Positions 51,605 to 63,150 of a stretch of 64,000 nucleotides of DNA are shown one piece after another. The stretch is from positions 19,716,001-19,780,000 of the forward strand of contig JBHGNT010000008.1 of assembly GCA_043228905.1 (NCBI GenBank), read 5' to 3'. The translations under genes and the position numbers were made by a program. Source of the stretch: Azolla caroliniana (taxonomy: Eukaryota > Plantae > Polypodiophyta). Within the stretch, counting starts at the first letter, position 1, and every line of letters begins with the position of its first letter. The notes under the pieces are model-generated. The model did no database searches. It saw only the letters and a program-made list of their open reading frames with translations, and was not told the origin of the DNA.

Positions 51605-54600
51605 TGTCGTGAAGAAAACCGTCCACAAGCGGAATCGGTGCACCAGGGCGTAGGAACCGGCTCTTCATGCACGTGCGCCTTATGTTGTACATAGGAGATC
51701 CTAGGCAGGCAGATTCGGTAGGTGGGAAGTAAAGGGGAAACGGCTCCTTCCTTGCCTATAAAAGGAGGGAGACGAGGAGGAGGAAGGGATCGCGGAGAGT
51801 CGAGGACGAAGTGCTGTCGGTTTGGGTGCGAAGGCTTCTCTCTCTCTCGGGCTTGCAAACTCCATAACTTCTTTCTGTGCAGGCTTCGGGAGGCTCGCAC
51901 TGCTCTGAGGAATGCCCGAGTGCTTCCGGCAGCACCTCCAACCATCTCCTTTCTTCCTGTTCGTTTACGAACAGGCATTGGCATCTGTTCGCCGGCCTGT
52001 TCGGTTGTAACTGCTTTCGTGTTCTTGTTGTTGTCTTTGTTAATACATACATACCTTCGTGTCTCTCTGTGTCGCTGTCCCACTCGCGTCTTTGTGTCAA
52101 AGGGCCGTGTCCCTGTGAATCTATGCTCGCACGTGGTGGGTCTCTTCTCTTTTCTCTCTTGCTCTTCGGTACAGGACCCCCGAGGTCCCGCCTCATTCCA
52201 CGCATCCGCGAGGAATACCTCGACATCTTGGTGAACCCAACGTGAAGGAGGCGGCAGAAGAGCAGAAGATGAAAGGGTCGGATCTTGCGGAGGCCATGGC
52301 TTCGGCCGTGGATCGGATATTGAGCGCACGCGAGGGCTCCGGCCCTCGACAGAGCCATTGAGGCGGTCCTTGGTACGATCGGCCGGTTCAGCGGAAAGGA
52401 TGCCACGAAGTATTTGGCGTCCTACGGGGCAGAAATGCTGATGCGGGACATTCCGGAAGAGAGGCGTCTTGCCGGGTTTCCTCGAGTGGCGATGCCGAGC
52501 ATCCATGCGGAGGTGCTCGAGGTGCGGGCGGAGAGCCGTACCTGGGAGGAGTTCGAAGGACGACTCCTGGAAAAATACGGGTTGGACGATGCGCTCCGGC
52601 TTTCGAAACGAGACTTCATGGAAGGGGCAGAGTCCCCTGGCAAGGGAAGAAACGCGTCGGCACTCCTCCGGGAGTTCGAAGAACGCTTTGCGCGCCTTTC
52701 GGCGCTTGACCGAACCGTTCTGGATACGAGCCGGGTCCTTATGTTCGTCAAGTCGGTGGACGAGCGGGACCGGCATCAAGTCGGCTCCTTGCTGGAAACC
52801 GAAGACGGGCTGACAACCAACTGGGCTGCGGTTAAGAGAGTCAGTGGCCGTTTCGACAAACGGCGAGAATGGGCTGAAAACGGGGCGGCCGGTGCGGGCT
52901 CTGTTACAGCAAGGAGGCTTGAACCGGCGCCACAAGTGCGAAGGGAAGAAACCCGGGAATGGCTCGAAACCGGTCCGGCTTCGACCGGCATGGTCAATGG
53001 CTCGTCCGGAGGAGCAGCGCTGGAGGAGTTGTCGCGGGCGATAAAGGATCTCCAAATCGCCCAGACTCGAGGGGAAGGAGGCGAACCGGCTCGTGACCGA
53101 CGGCCGGCAGCGGGGAACAGGTGCATGTGGTGCGACGAGGTCGGCCACATTCGGAAGGACTGCGGCGATTTCGCGGAGGCGTTGAGGAACCGGGTGGTGT
53201 ACCTATGGGAAGGCCGGGTGCATGCCGGCGATACTAGAAGGGCCCTAAACCGAAACGACGGGCGAGGAGGTATGAAGAGACTGATGGAAGAGGCAGCGGC
53301 CCGACACGTGGAGGCCATCCACTACTCGGCGTCGGCCGGCATTCGGGTCGGGGGTAGCGAGGCCCGAAAGGAGGGCAAAGACGGATTCTGGTCGGCAATG
53401 CTGGAAGGTCTTGCCGGCGCACGGTTGAAGAAAGATGAAACGGACCGCGCTGAGAGACGGGTCCGGGAAATAACCGGGTGGAGCGATCCGGTCGAGGAGA
53501 AGACGGGCTTCGTAGAAGCCGCCTGCCAGAACTACGAGGCTCTAGTAGAAGACAAACGAGTGGGGAAAGCCGGAGCGGCAGGGCCTTCACAACGGTACGA
53601 GACCCGATTCGGGCAACGACGGAACGATGCCGGTGGGCCCAGCTCGCAAGATAACCCCAGGAATGGTGGATACCGACTGGGGACGGAAATAGAAAGGACT
53701 ACGGACCTACGGAAGGTCCTAGAGGAACGGATCCTCGACAACAAAGTGGAGCTGTCATTGCGGGAGGTGCTAGGGACATTGCGCTTCATTCAAGACCTGC
53801 AGCCGGTCAATAGAGTGACCATTCGAAACGCAGGGATCGGACCGACCATAGACGAGTTCGCGGAGGCCTTCGCCGGAAGGTCGATTTACTCGGTCGGGGA
53901 TCTGTACTCGGGGTACAACCAGTTCCAGCTAGCCGTGGAGAGCAGGGACATCACGACGATGCGAACTCCCCTCGGCCTAGTGCGAATGTGTACCCTGCCA
54001 CAAGGAGGGATCAACTCGGTGGCCCACATGGTGAATGCAATGAACAAGGTACTGAGGGATTGCATCCCGGACATCACCATGCCATTTCTAGAAGACATCC
54101 CGATCAAGGGGTGCCCGGTAGAAGAGAAGGACGAAACACTCGGGCCGGACGGATGCCGGCGATTCGTGGCAACACACATCGACGACTGCGAGAAGGTGCT
54201 ACAAAGGCTAGAGGATGCGAGGCTCACCTTCTCTGGGGAGAAATCGGCCTTCGGGCAATCAGAAATCCTGGTGGTCGGAGACCTGTGTGGACCATATGGC
54301 CGGAAGCCGGAAGCCGGCAAAGGTAGAAGCCATCTCCGCGATGAAGACCGACTGTAGCTCGGTTACGGAAGTTCGGAGGTTCCTAGGGGCATGCGCGTTC
54401 TACCACATATAGATCCCGCATTACGCCCACGTTGCGGAGCCGCTATACGGGTTGCTGAAGAAAGGGCGAAAATTCGAGTGGCGAGACGAGCACACGGAGT
54501 CGGTCCGAAAGCTGAAGGAAGCTCTTGTGGCAGCACCGGCGCTCCGGAAGGCTGTCTACGGGAAGGATACCCCGGTATACATAACGGTGGATACGAGTCC

Positions 54601-57110
54601 GACCGGGATCGGATGGGTCGTCAACCAAGAAGACGAGGGCGGCATTCGGTTCCCGATCCGATTCGGCGCAAAGGTCCTTCGTGAGCGACAACGAGGGTAC
54701 GCCCAGGTAAAACGCGAACTCTGGGGTATCGTTTCGGCAGTAAAGACCGACAAAGACTACTTGATCGGGGCAGAAGTAATTATCGAGACGGATTTCCTAC
54801 CAATTCTCGGCATGGTTTCCGGATGCACGACACCGGACCTGGCGATGCTCAGGTGGATAGCGTACATCAAGTCCCTGGACCCGGAAATACGACACATTTC
54901 CGGAAAGGACAACGCCATGGACGACATGCTTTCGAGGGCAAGGTTTGATGACAAGGGCGGCATGGTTTCGGAGGACGAAGAAGTCGGCGTGGACTTCTTC
55001 GAGGTGGCGTACGTGACGACCGATGGGACGAGCACTCCGGCACTTAACGACTTCAACGAGACCAAGTACGACGGCGAGTGGCTTTAGATCGGTGGATTTT
55101 TGAGGACAATGACGCCGGATGCGTCGTGGACGAGGGACGAGGCATACCGGGTATGGAAGAAAGCATACCGATTCTTTCTCCGGGACGGATACTTATGGAA
55201 GCACCCGAAGAAGAGGAACGACGTCCTGCTCCGGGTGGTAGCGAAGAAGGAAGAACAGGAGGAGCTGCTGACGGCCTACCACGACAGCCCTTGGGCTGGA
55301 CACCGTGGAACGTGGGCCACGTTCGAGAAGATAAAGGGGAAGTACTGGTGGCCGGGACTGTACCGGGACGTGCATCGGTTCGTGACAACTTGCGAGAGCT
55401 GTCAGATGCACTCCATAGTCCGACATCGGGACGAGTTTCAGCCTACGTACCCTCCGATCATCCACTTCAAATGGATGGTAGATCTGGTGACGATGCCGAT
55501 GGGAGTAGGACAGATGCGGTATCTGGTCCTGGCTCGGGAAGATCTGACGAACCAGGTGGAAGGCCGAGCCCTTCAGAACAAAACGACTGCGGCCGTATGT
55601 CAATTCCTGATTGAGGACGTGATATGCCGGTACGGGTGCGTCGGGAAGATCGTGGCTGATCGCGGGGAGTTGGACGCCGAAGAGGCCGAGGAGCTGTTCG
55701 ACCGGCTAGGAGTCAAGCTCTCGCTTACCCCTACGTACAATCCGGAGTCGAATGGAAAGGTGGAGCGCGGACACGGACCGATCGTCAAGGCGTTAGTTTG
55801 GGCATGCGGAGGTCAAGTCGGGAACTGGCCGCGGCTGCTGCCTTACGCGTTGTGGGCTGACCGAACTACGCACAGTTCGGTAACCAGGTTCATGCCGGCA
55901 GAGCTCATGTTTGGGCAGAAGCCGGTCATGCCGATGGAACGTACGATCTCCTCGTGGGCAACCGTGGACTGGAGAGACGAGATGAGCCGGGAGGAACTGC
56001 TGGCGGCGCGTATACGACAGCTCGAGCGAAGACCGGAGGAGGTGGAGCAGGCTGCGGAAAAGCTTCGGGAAGCAAGGATGAGGAACAAAGCCCGGTTCGA
56101 CCGAACACACCGGCTCCGACCGAAGAAGATCGAGGAAGGCGACTGGGTGCTAGTCTACGACAGCAGCCTCGACAACCAGCACCGAGCGACACGGAAGTTC
56201 GCAAGAAGGTGGTTCGGGCCTTACGTGGTACAAAGCGCCAACGACAACGGGACGTACCATCTGGCAGAACTCGACGGCACGAGAATGGCGATACCGGTAG
56301 CTGGGAAGCGGATCAAAGCGTTCAAGAAGCGTCATGCCGAGGAGCCGGATCCGGTTAACCTGGACCGCGACGACGAACGATCCGAAACCGAAGAAGAACC
56401 GACGGGCAGAGAATGAAGGCTGGACCGGTTTTCTCCATCCCAACACAATTTGGCGCATGTCGGTGGATGCGCGGCTAGGTGGGGGCGGATGTCGTGAAGA
56501 AAACCGTCCACAAGCGGAATCGGTGCACCGGGGCGTAGGAACCGGCTCTTCATGCACGTGCGCCTTATGTTGTACATAGGAGATCCTAGGCAGGCAGATT
56601 CGGTAGGTGGGAAGTAAAGGGGAAACGGCTCCTTCCTTGCCTATAAAAGGAGGGAGACGAGGAGGAGGAAGGGATCGCGGAGAGTCGAGGATGAAGTGCT
56701 ATCGGTTTGGGTGTGAAGGCTTCTCTCTCTCTCGGGCTCGCAAACTCCATAGCTTCTTTCTGTGCAGGCTTCGGGAGGCTCGCGCTGCTCTGAGGAATGC
56801 CCGAGTGCTTCCGGCAGCACCTCCAACCAGCTCCTTTCTTCCTGTACGTTTACGAACAGGCATCGGCATCTGTTTGCCGGCCTGTTCGGTTGTAACTGCT
56901 TTCGTGTTCTTGTTGTTGTCTTTGTTAATACATACATACCTTCGTGTCTCTCTGTGTCGCTGTCCCACTCGCGTCTTTGTGTCGAAGGGCCGTGTCCCTG
57001 TGAGTCTACGCTCGCACGTGGTGGGTCTCTTCTCTTTTCTCTCTTGCTCTTCGGTACAGGACCCCCGAGGTCCCGCCTCATTCCACGCATCCGCGAGGAA
57101 TACCTCGACA
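51605..57110 (+). mobile_element. GC-rich Ty3/gypsy of fungal Ylt1-like type, protease region deleted
   Basis: 621-bp LTRs at 51605-52225 and 56490-57110; 4-bp TSD ACGT; PBS TGGTGAACCCAACGTGAA (tRNA-Trp-like); PPT AGGTGGGGGCGGA; RT DLYSGY..LPQGGINSV..PFLEDIPIKG; RH VDTSPTG; IN VADRGE, WFGPY. Confidence 0.93.
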
Positions 57111-58423
57111 ACGTGCAACACCACATCGAGGGAGTTTACCCTCTCTTCTATGCATAGTGGCAACTATTTTTAATGCATGAATCATTGACCCCCCCACAGA
57201 TCATTTTAGGATTCATCCACATCACACTCCATTTATCCCCATTCCAAGTGATGGGAAATTGTGTGCCCTATTGGTTATGGAGCTCAAGATCCATTCCATG
57301 TTATTAGCTGAAACGTCTAGGTCTGTCAGATCAAAAGATAAACATGCATTCAACAACTTGTGGCATTCATTGACAACCACGTAAACCCTCAACCCCGGGC
57401 CTTCCTAATGACACAATTCAATCAATCTCTTGAGAGCTTGTTGACTAAACCTGCACCAATTTTCGAACCTATCCCTTACTAATCTTTTGGACTGAACAAA
57501 TTTGACCAGAACTCGAACATCTACCCCTATAGTTACTTGTCTTGTCTCATGCAACTTTTGAGTTTCGGAACTAATTGGTGAGCTTTCTTGACAATTCCCA
57601 GTGCCTAACCACTCTTTCACCACTCTCAGTGCGATACTTCCACTTTTACCAAGCAAGGCATTAGGTGTGAATACTACCACCTCTTCAACATTATTTGACC
57701 TTTGAACCTGTAACAAATCCTCCTCTTCCAACAATGCCTCAAAGCTATTTCTCAACCTTACATGAGGCATAGTTGTGTTTCCATCTTGCTGCAATAAATT
57801 TTTTTGTTCCAAAACCATAGCACAAGAGTCTGTGTTAGCCTTCTCCTTCTCTACCCCATTGAGGGTGTTCTGACCTTTCACCCTATATTCTCTTGCATAG
57901 CAACCTGCCTGTTGTCCTTTCCCACCCTCACATTACCGTTGATCTTCCTAGGGCATTCCTTAGCAATATGGCCCGTCTTTTTACAATAAAAGCCAGATAC
58001 ACCCTTATATTCCAGTAACACATCTATTACTCCTGCTTCCACATCATGAACCTTGATTATAGGGGGGAGTTTGTACAAACTTTGCACAAGCACTCTAATC
58101 TTAGGGTAGTCCCTAATTCTATCTACCATCATTGCTTTTGAGGGACAGATTGCGCCAATCTTATCCCCAATCTTTGGCATCAAGGGGTATAACTACCGAG
58201 GAAGATTTGGGAATATCATAGAAATCACCCGAGGATTACCAATTTCCTTGTCTTCTTCCATAGCATTGAAGTTAGCATGCCACTCCAACAGAAGAGCTCT
58301 TCCATATTTGAGCTCTACAAATTTCATATCCACAATCCGCAATACATCACCCCCCCTGACCACACCAAGATGGTAGAAATTGTTGGGATTATGGTCCCTC
58401 CGGATGGGATGGTCAGATGTCCG

Positions 58424-58575
58424 GGAACCGGATGACGAAGACCCGGTTTCGGAACCGGATGATGAAGACCCGGTTTCGGAACCGGATGATGAAGACCCCG
58501 GCTACGGAGCCGGATGACGAAGACCCGGTTTCGGAACCGGATGATGAAGACCCCGGCTACGGAGCCGGATGACGA
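58424..58575 (+). repeat. 25-27-bp tandem array (GGAACCGGATGATGAAGACCCGGTTTC) in the LTR U3, also at ~63204-63355
   Basis: About six directly visible copies in each LTR. Confidence 0.9.
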
Positions 58576-58743
58576 ATGTACCCGGAGAGAGATCCGGATG
58601 CGGGGACATATTTGTGAATATGTTTGCCAAGGGCCCTCGAGGCTATATTTGTAAATAGCCCGAAAGTCATATGTGTATAAATATGACTTAGGGCAAACAG
58701 TTTTGAGTTGTTGCTCATTTGAGGGAGCGAAGTGAGAGCAGCC

Positions 58744-58775
<32 letters not shown>

Positions 58776-59151
58776 GAGGTCAACGCCTCTGTGTAATACC
58801 GCCGCCTGTGGCGAGGACAGCGAGCTCAAGGTCGTCGCCTTGCAGCTCGCCATTGTACATTCCCTGCGTATAGTGATAGTTGGAGTCTTGCACTCCCGTG
58901 GTTTTTCCCGTCTAGGGTTTTCCACGCTAAAGCCTGTGCATTCGAGTCTCTCTCTGTGTTTTTGATTTACTTCTGCATTGATTCGTGTTTCCTCGGTTGT
59001 GGCCGAGAGGTGAAGGTTTTTTTTGAAAGCGTCCATTTCCTAACAATCTGGTATCAGAGCGACTGCAGTGCAGAAAATGGAAGGCGGCAGCAGCGGGCAG
59101 CCGGGGATGATGGTGCTGAATGCGTAGAACTACGCCGACTGGAAGATAAAG

Positions 59152-62100
59152 ATGGAGGATCTGCTCATTGTTCGGGACCTGTATGAACCGATCGACAGGT
59201 CGGAAATACCCAAGGGGGTACTTGAGACGGAATGGAGGCTTCTGAACCGGAAAGCCATTGCAACCATTCGGCAATACGTCGACGTGAGCGTTCTACAACA
59301 TGTGGCGAACGACACCAACGCATATGAGATGTGGCAGAAGCTATCGGGCCTCTACGAGAGGAAGAATGCGTTGAACCGGACCTCCCTGATGAGGAAGATA
59401 GTGAACCTCAAGTACCGGGACGGCGAGAATATGGTGGAACACGTAAGCACGTTCATGGGATTCGTGAACCAGCTTGCGGCGATCAAGTTCCCGTTGGAGG
59501 ATGCAATGCAAGCCATCATTCTGATGTGTACATTGCCGGAAAGCTGGGAGAACTTGGTGGTGACTCTCAGCACCTCCTGCACCGAAGATAACTTGTCCTT
59601 ACAAACGGTAAAGACAAGCATTTTGAACGAAGAAGCGCGTCGGAGAGATAAAGAACCGGGCTCCGATCCGAAGATGCTGCTTACCGAATCGGATCGGGGA
59701 AGACAACGGAACCGGAGTCCGCAAAGACGGGAGAAGTCGGGGACCCGGTCGCAATCAAGAGGAAGGCCCACATGCTTCCACTGTGGGAAGCCGGGGCACT
59801 TCCGAAAGAATTGTCGGCATTACCGAAAAGACAACGGAGCCGACGACACCGATTCGAAGAAGTCATCGGAACGGAACGGTGCTTACCGGGGAGCCACGGA
59901 CCGAAATGGTTCGGATCGGCAAGGGCAGGACCGGAAAGGAACGACGGCACTCGCGGCAAGTGAAGAGGAGATCATGCTCATCACTGAAGAAAGTGAACTA
60001 AACATTGCCGGCGATGAGACTACCTGGGTGGTCGATTCCGGAGCGTCGTTCCACCTGACCCCGGAAAGAAGATACTTCTCATCCTACACAGCCGGTGAGG
60101 ATGGTTGTGTTTGGATGGGAAATGAAGGTACGTGCCGGATTGCCGGCATAGGAGACGTGTGGTTGACAACCTTGACCGGATGCAAAATGTTGCTGAAGGA
60201 TGTCCGACACGTTCCGGAGGTTCGATTGAACCTGATTTTGGCCGGGAGGCTAGACGATGAAGGCTACACAGGTAGCATCCGGAACTGCATAATGAAGTTC
60301 AGCAAGGGGAGCCTGATAGTGGCTCGGGCCCGGAAAGTCAACACACTGTACCTTATGAATGCCTGGTTGTGTCCGGAGGAGTTGAACGTGGCAGCCGACA
60401 CTGCCGGTGAGCTGTGGCACAAGAGACTGTGCCACATGAGTGAGAAGGGGATGAAGAGGCTTGCAGAAGACAACCTTATTCCAGTGAAGCATGTGCACCT
60501 GGAGAAGTGCACCGATTGCCTAGCCGGTAAGCAGAACCGAACCTCCTTCCACTCAAGGCCACCGACGAGACGTAGCGCACCATTGGAGTTGGTGCACACT
60601 GACGTGTGTCAAGTAGAAACGAAGTCACATGGCGGAGCCCAGTACTTCGTGACATTCATTGATGACCACAGCCGGAAGCTGTGGACGGCACCGTTGAAGA
60701 CAAAGGACCAAGTGTTGTGCGTCTTCAAAGAACTCCACGCGAGAGTGGAAAGGGAATCCGGCAAGAAGCTGAAAGCGATACGAGCGGATAACGGAGGGGA
60801 ATACCGGGGGCAGTTCAAGGAGTACTGTCGCTCGAAGGGAATCCGGCTCGAGTTTACTGTGCCGAAGACGCCGGAACTGAACGGGCTGGCCGAGAGAATG
60901 AACCGGACCATAATGGAGAAGGTCCGGAGTATGCTGGCGCATGCGAAATTACCCAAGGGGTTTTGGGCTGAGGCAATGTCGACGGCGACATACGTGATAA
61001 ACAGATCACCCTCAGTACCTTTGGACGGAGACACGCCGCAGAGAGTGTGGACCGGTAGGGAAGTATCCTACCGGCATCTGAAGGTGTTCTGGTGTCTTGC
61101 ATATGTGCATGTGGCAAAGGACCGGAGAGGAAAGCTAGATCCAAAGACCCGGCCATGCATATTCATCGGTTACGGCGATGACGAGTTCGGCTACCGAGTA
61201 TGGGACCCGGTCGACAAAAAGATATTCCGGAGTCGTGATATCATCTTCATGGAGGACAAGACACTCGCCGACTGGGAGTCGGAGAAGAAGATGAAGAGCT
61301 CCAAGTCGACCGGTGAGGATCAACTCTACGAGGAGCAGTCCCGACCGGCAAGGGACCGGTTAGCACTCGAGGATCCGGCCGAAGACGGTGAAGAAACAGA
61401 ACCGGCCGAGGAAGATGAAACTGATACCGGAACTGGCCCCGATCCCGAAATGGATTCGGATGAAGAGGAAACGGAGGAGCCGGTTACCGAAGCTCCGGAA
61501 CGGAGATATCCTCTAAGAGAGAGAAGGGCCCCCCGGAGATTTCCGGAACCAGAGCACGTGCTGCTAACCGACGAGGGGGAGCCGGAGAGTTTTGAAGAAG
61601 CAAAGCTTGACACCCATAGCCGCAGGTGGTTAAGTGCCATGCAGGAGGAGATGGATTCCCTGCATGAGAACCACACATATGAACTTGTGGAGTTGCCGAA
61701 AGGAAAGCGGGCACTTCGAAACAAGTGGGTGTTCAAGCTGAAACCGGGAGATGCCGGAAACCCCCCGAGATACAAAGCCAGGATCGTGGTGAAGGGGTTC
61801 CAGCAGAAGAAGGGCGTCGACTTCGACGAGATATTTGCCCCGGTAGTGAAGATGACCTCCATCCGGACGGTGCTGAGCATAGCGGCAAGCATGGACCCCG
61901 AGGTAGAACAGATGGACGTGAAGACGGCATTCCTTCACGGTGACCTCGAAGAAGAGATCTACATGCAGCAACCGGAAGGATTCGAGAAGAAAGGGAAGGA
62001 GCACCTGGTATGCCGGTTGAAGAAGAGCCTTTACGGACTGAAGCAGGCTCCCCGGCAATGGTACCGGAAGTTCGACTCTTTCATGACCGATGAAGGGTAC

Positions 62101-63150
62101 CACAAAACGCAGTCCGATCACTGCGTGTTTGTGAAGAAGTTCGAAGGAGGAGACTTTCTAATACTCCTCCTGTACGTGGACGACATGTTGATCGTCGGAC
62201 GGGACCAGGTCAAGATACGGATGCTGAAGAAAGCGCTTCACCGAACCTTCTCAATGAAGGACCTGGGTCCGGCGAGGCAAATACTAGGGATGCACATCAT
62301 CCGGGACCGGAAGAAGAAGCAGTTGTGGCTGTCACAGGAGAAGTACGTGACAAAGGTGCTTCACCGGTTCAACATGTCGGAAGCAAGACCGGTCGGGTCA
62401 ACCCTCCCGACAAACTGCAGGTTGTCCAGCAAGCAAAGCCCCAAGACAAAGGCTGAGAAGGAGGACATGATGAAAGTACCATATGCCTCTGCCGTCGGAA
62501 GCTTGATGTACGCAATGGTGTGTACAAGACCGGACATAGGATATGCAGTCGGAGTGGTGAGCCGGTACATGAGCAATCCCGGCAAAGAGCACTGGAACGC
62601 GGCCAAGTGGATACTCCGATACCTGAAGGGCACGGCAAACGTGTGCCTCCGATTCGGCTCCGGTAAGCCTGAACTCGACGGCTTTACTGATTCGGATATA
62701 TCGGCTGATGCAGATACCAGCCGGTCCACATCAGGGTATGTGATGACGTATCCAGGGGGAGCTGTTTCGTGGCAGTCGAGGCTGCAGAAGACGGTTGCGT
62801 TGTCAACCACGGAGGCGGAGTACATGGCGGCTGTTGAAGCCGGCAAGGAAATAATATGGATGAAGGACTTCATTAGAGAGCTCGGTATCCGGCAGGAGGA
62901 CTACCGACTCTACTGCGATAGTCAGAGTGCCATCCACCTTGCGAAGAACGTGGCCTATCACTCACGGACGAAGCACATCCAGCGAAGATATCACTGGATC
63001 CGGGAAAGGATAGAAGACCAGGAGTTCGTGCTGACGAAGATCCACACGGACGAGAACGGGTCAGATATGTTGACCAAAGTGCTCACACCCGACAAGCTGG
63101 AAGCGTGCCGGAAGAGGGTCGGACTGGAAAGACATCCCATGCCGAAGTGA
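59152..63150 (+). CDS. copia Gag-Pol polyprotein (1332 aa; the likely original start at 59077 is cut off by TAG at 59125)
   Basis: CFHCGKPGH, WVVDSGAS, LWHKRLCH, VHTDVC, RADNGGEY, QMDVKTAFL, LYVDDML, STTEAEY, all in one uninterrupted frame. Confidence 0.96.
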   Translation: MEDLLIVRDLYEPIDRSEIPKGVLETEWRLLNRKAIATIRQYVDVSVLQHVANDTNAYEMWQKLSGLYERKNALNRTSLMRKIVNLKYRDGENMVEHVSTFMGFVNQLAAIKFPLEDAMQAIILMCTLPESWENLVVTLSTSCTEDNLSLQTVKTSILNEEARRRDKEPGSDPKMLLTESDRGRQRNRSPQRREKSGTRSQSRGRPTCFHCGKPGHFRKNCRHYRKDNGADDTDSKKSSERNGAYRGATDRNGSDRQGQDRKGTTALAASEEEIMLITEESELNIAGDETTWVVDSGASFHLTPERRYFSSYTAGEDGCVWMGNEGTCRIAGIGDVWLTTLTGCKMLLKDVRHVPEVRLNLILAGRLDDEGYTGSIRNCIMKFSKGSLIVARARKVNTLYLMNAWLCPEELNVAADTAGELWHKRLCHMSEKGMKRLAEDNLIPVKHVHLEKCTDCLAGKQNRTSFHSRPPTRRSAPLELVHTDVCQVETKSHGGAQYFVTFIDDHSRKLWTAPLKTKDQVLCVFKELHARVERESGKKLKAIRADNGGEYRGQFKEYCRSKGIRLEFTVPKTPELNGLAERMNRTIMEKVRSMLAHAKLPKGFWAEAMSTATYVINRSPSVPLDGDTPQRVWTGREVSYRHLKVFWCLAYVHVAKDRRGKLDPKTRPCIFIGYGDDEFGYRVWDPVDKKIFRSRDIIFMEDKTLADWESEKKMKSSKSTGEDQLYEEQSRPARDRLALEDPAEDGEETEPAEEDETDTGTGPDPEMDSDEEETEEPVTEAPERRYPLRERRAPRRFPEPEHVLLTDEGEPESFEEAKLDTHSRRWLSAMQEEMDSLHENHTYELVELPKGKRALRNKWVFKLKPGDAGNPPRYKARIVVKGFQQKKGVDFDEIFAPVVKMTSIRTVLSIAASMDPEVEQMDVKTAFLHGDLEEEIYMQQPEGFEKKGKEHLVCRLKKSLYGLKQAPRQWYRKFDSFMTDEGYHKTQSDHCVFVKKFEGGDFLILLLYVDDMLIVGRDQVKIRMLKKALHRTFSMKDLGPARQILGMHIIRDRKKKQLWLSQEKYVTKVLHRFNMSEARPVGSTLPTNCRLSSKQSPKTKAEKEDMMKVPYASAVGSLMYAMVCTRPDIGYAVGVVSRYMSNPGKEHWNAAKWILRYLKGTANVCLRFGSGKPELDGFTDSDISADADTSRSTSGYVMTYPGGAVSWQSRLQKTVALSTTEAEYMAAVEAGKEIIWMKDFIRELGIRQEDYRLYCDSQSAIHLAKNVAYHSRTKHIQRRYHWIRERIEDQEFVLTKIHTDENGSDMLTKVLTPDKLEACRKRVGLERHPMPK

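Noticed and set aside
51568-53148. 526-aa minus-strand ORF
   Set aside because: It is antisense to GC-rich gag and LTR sequence and has no recognisable domain; shadow ORF.
58424-58575. Short repeat array as a possible CRISPR
   Set aside because: There are no unique spacers; it is a tandem array duplicated in both LTRs of a eukaryotic retrotransposon.
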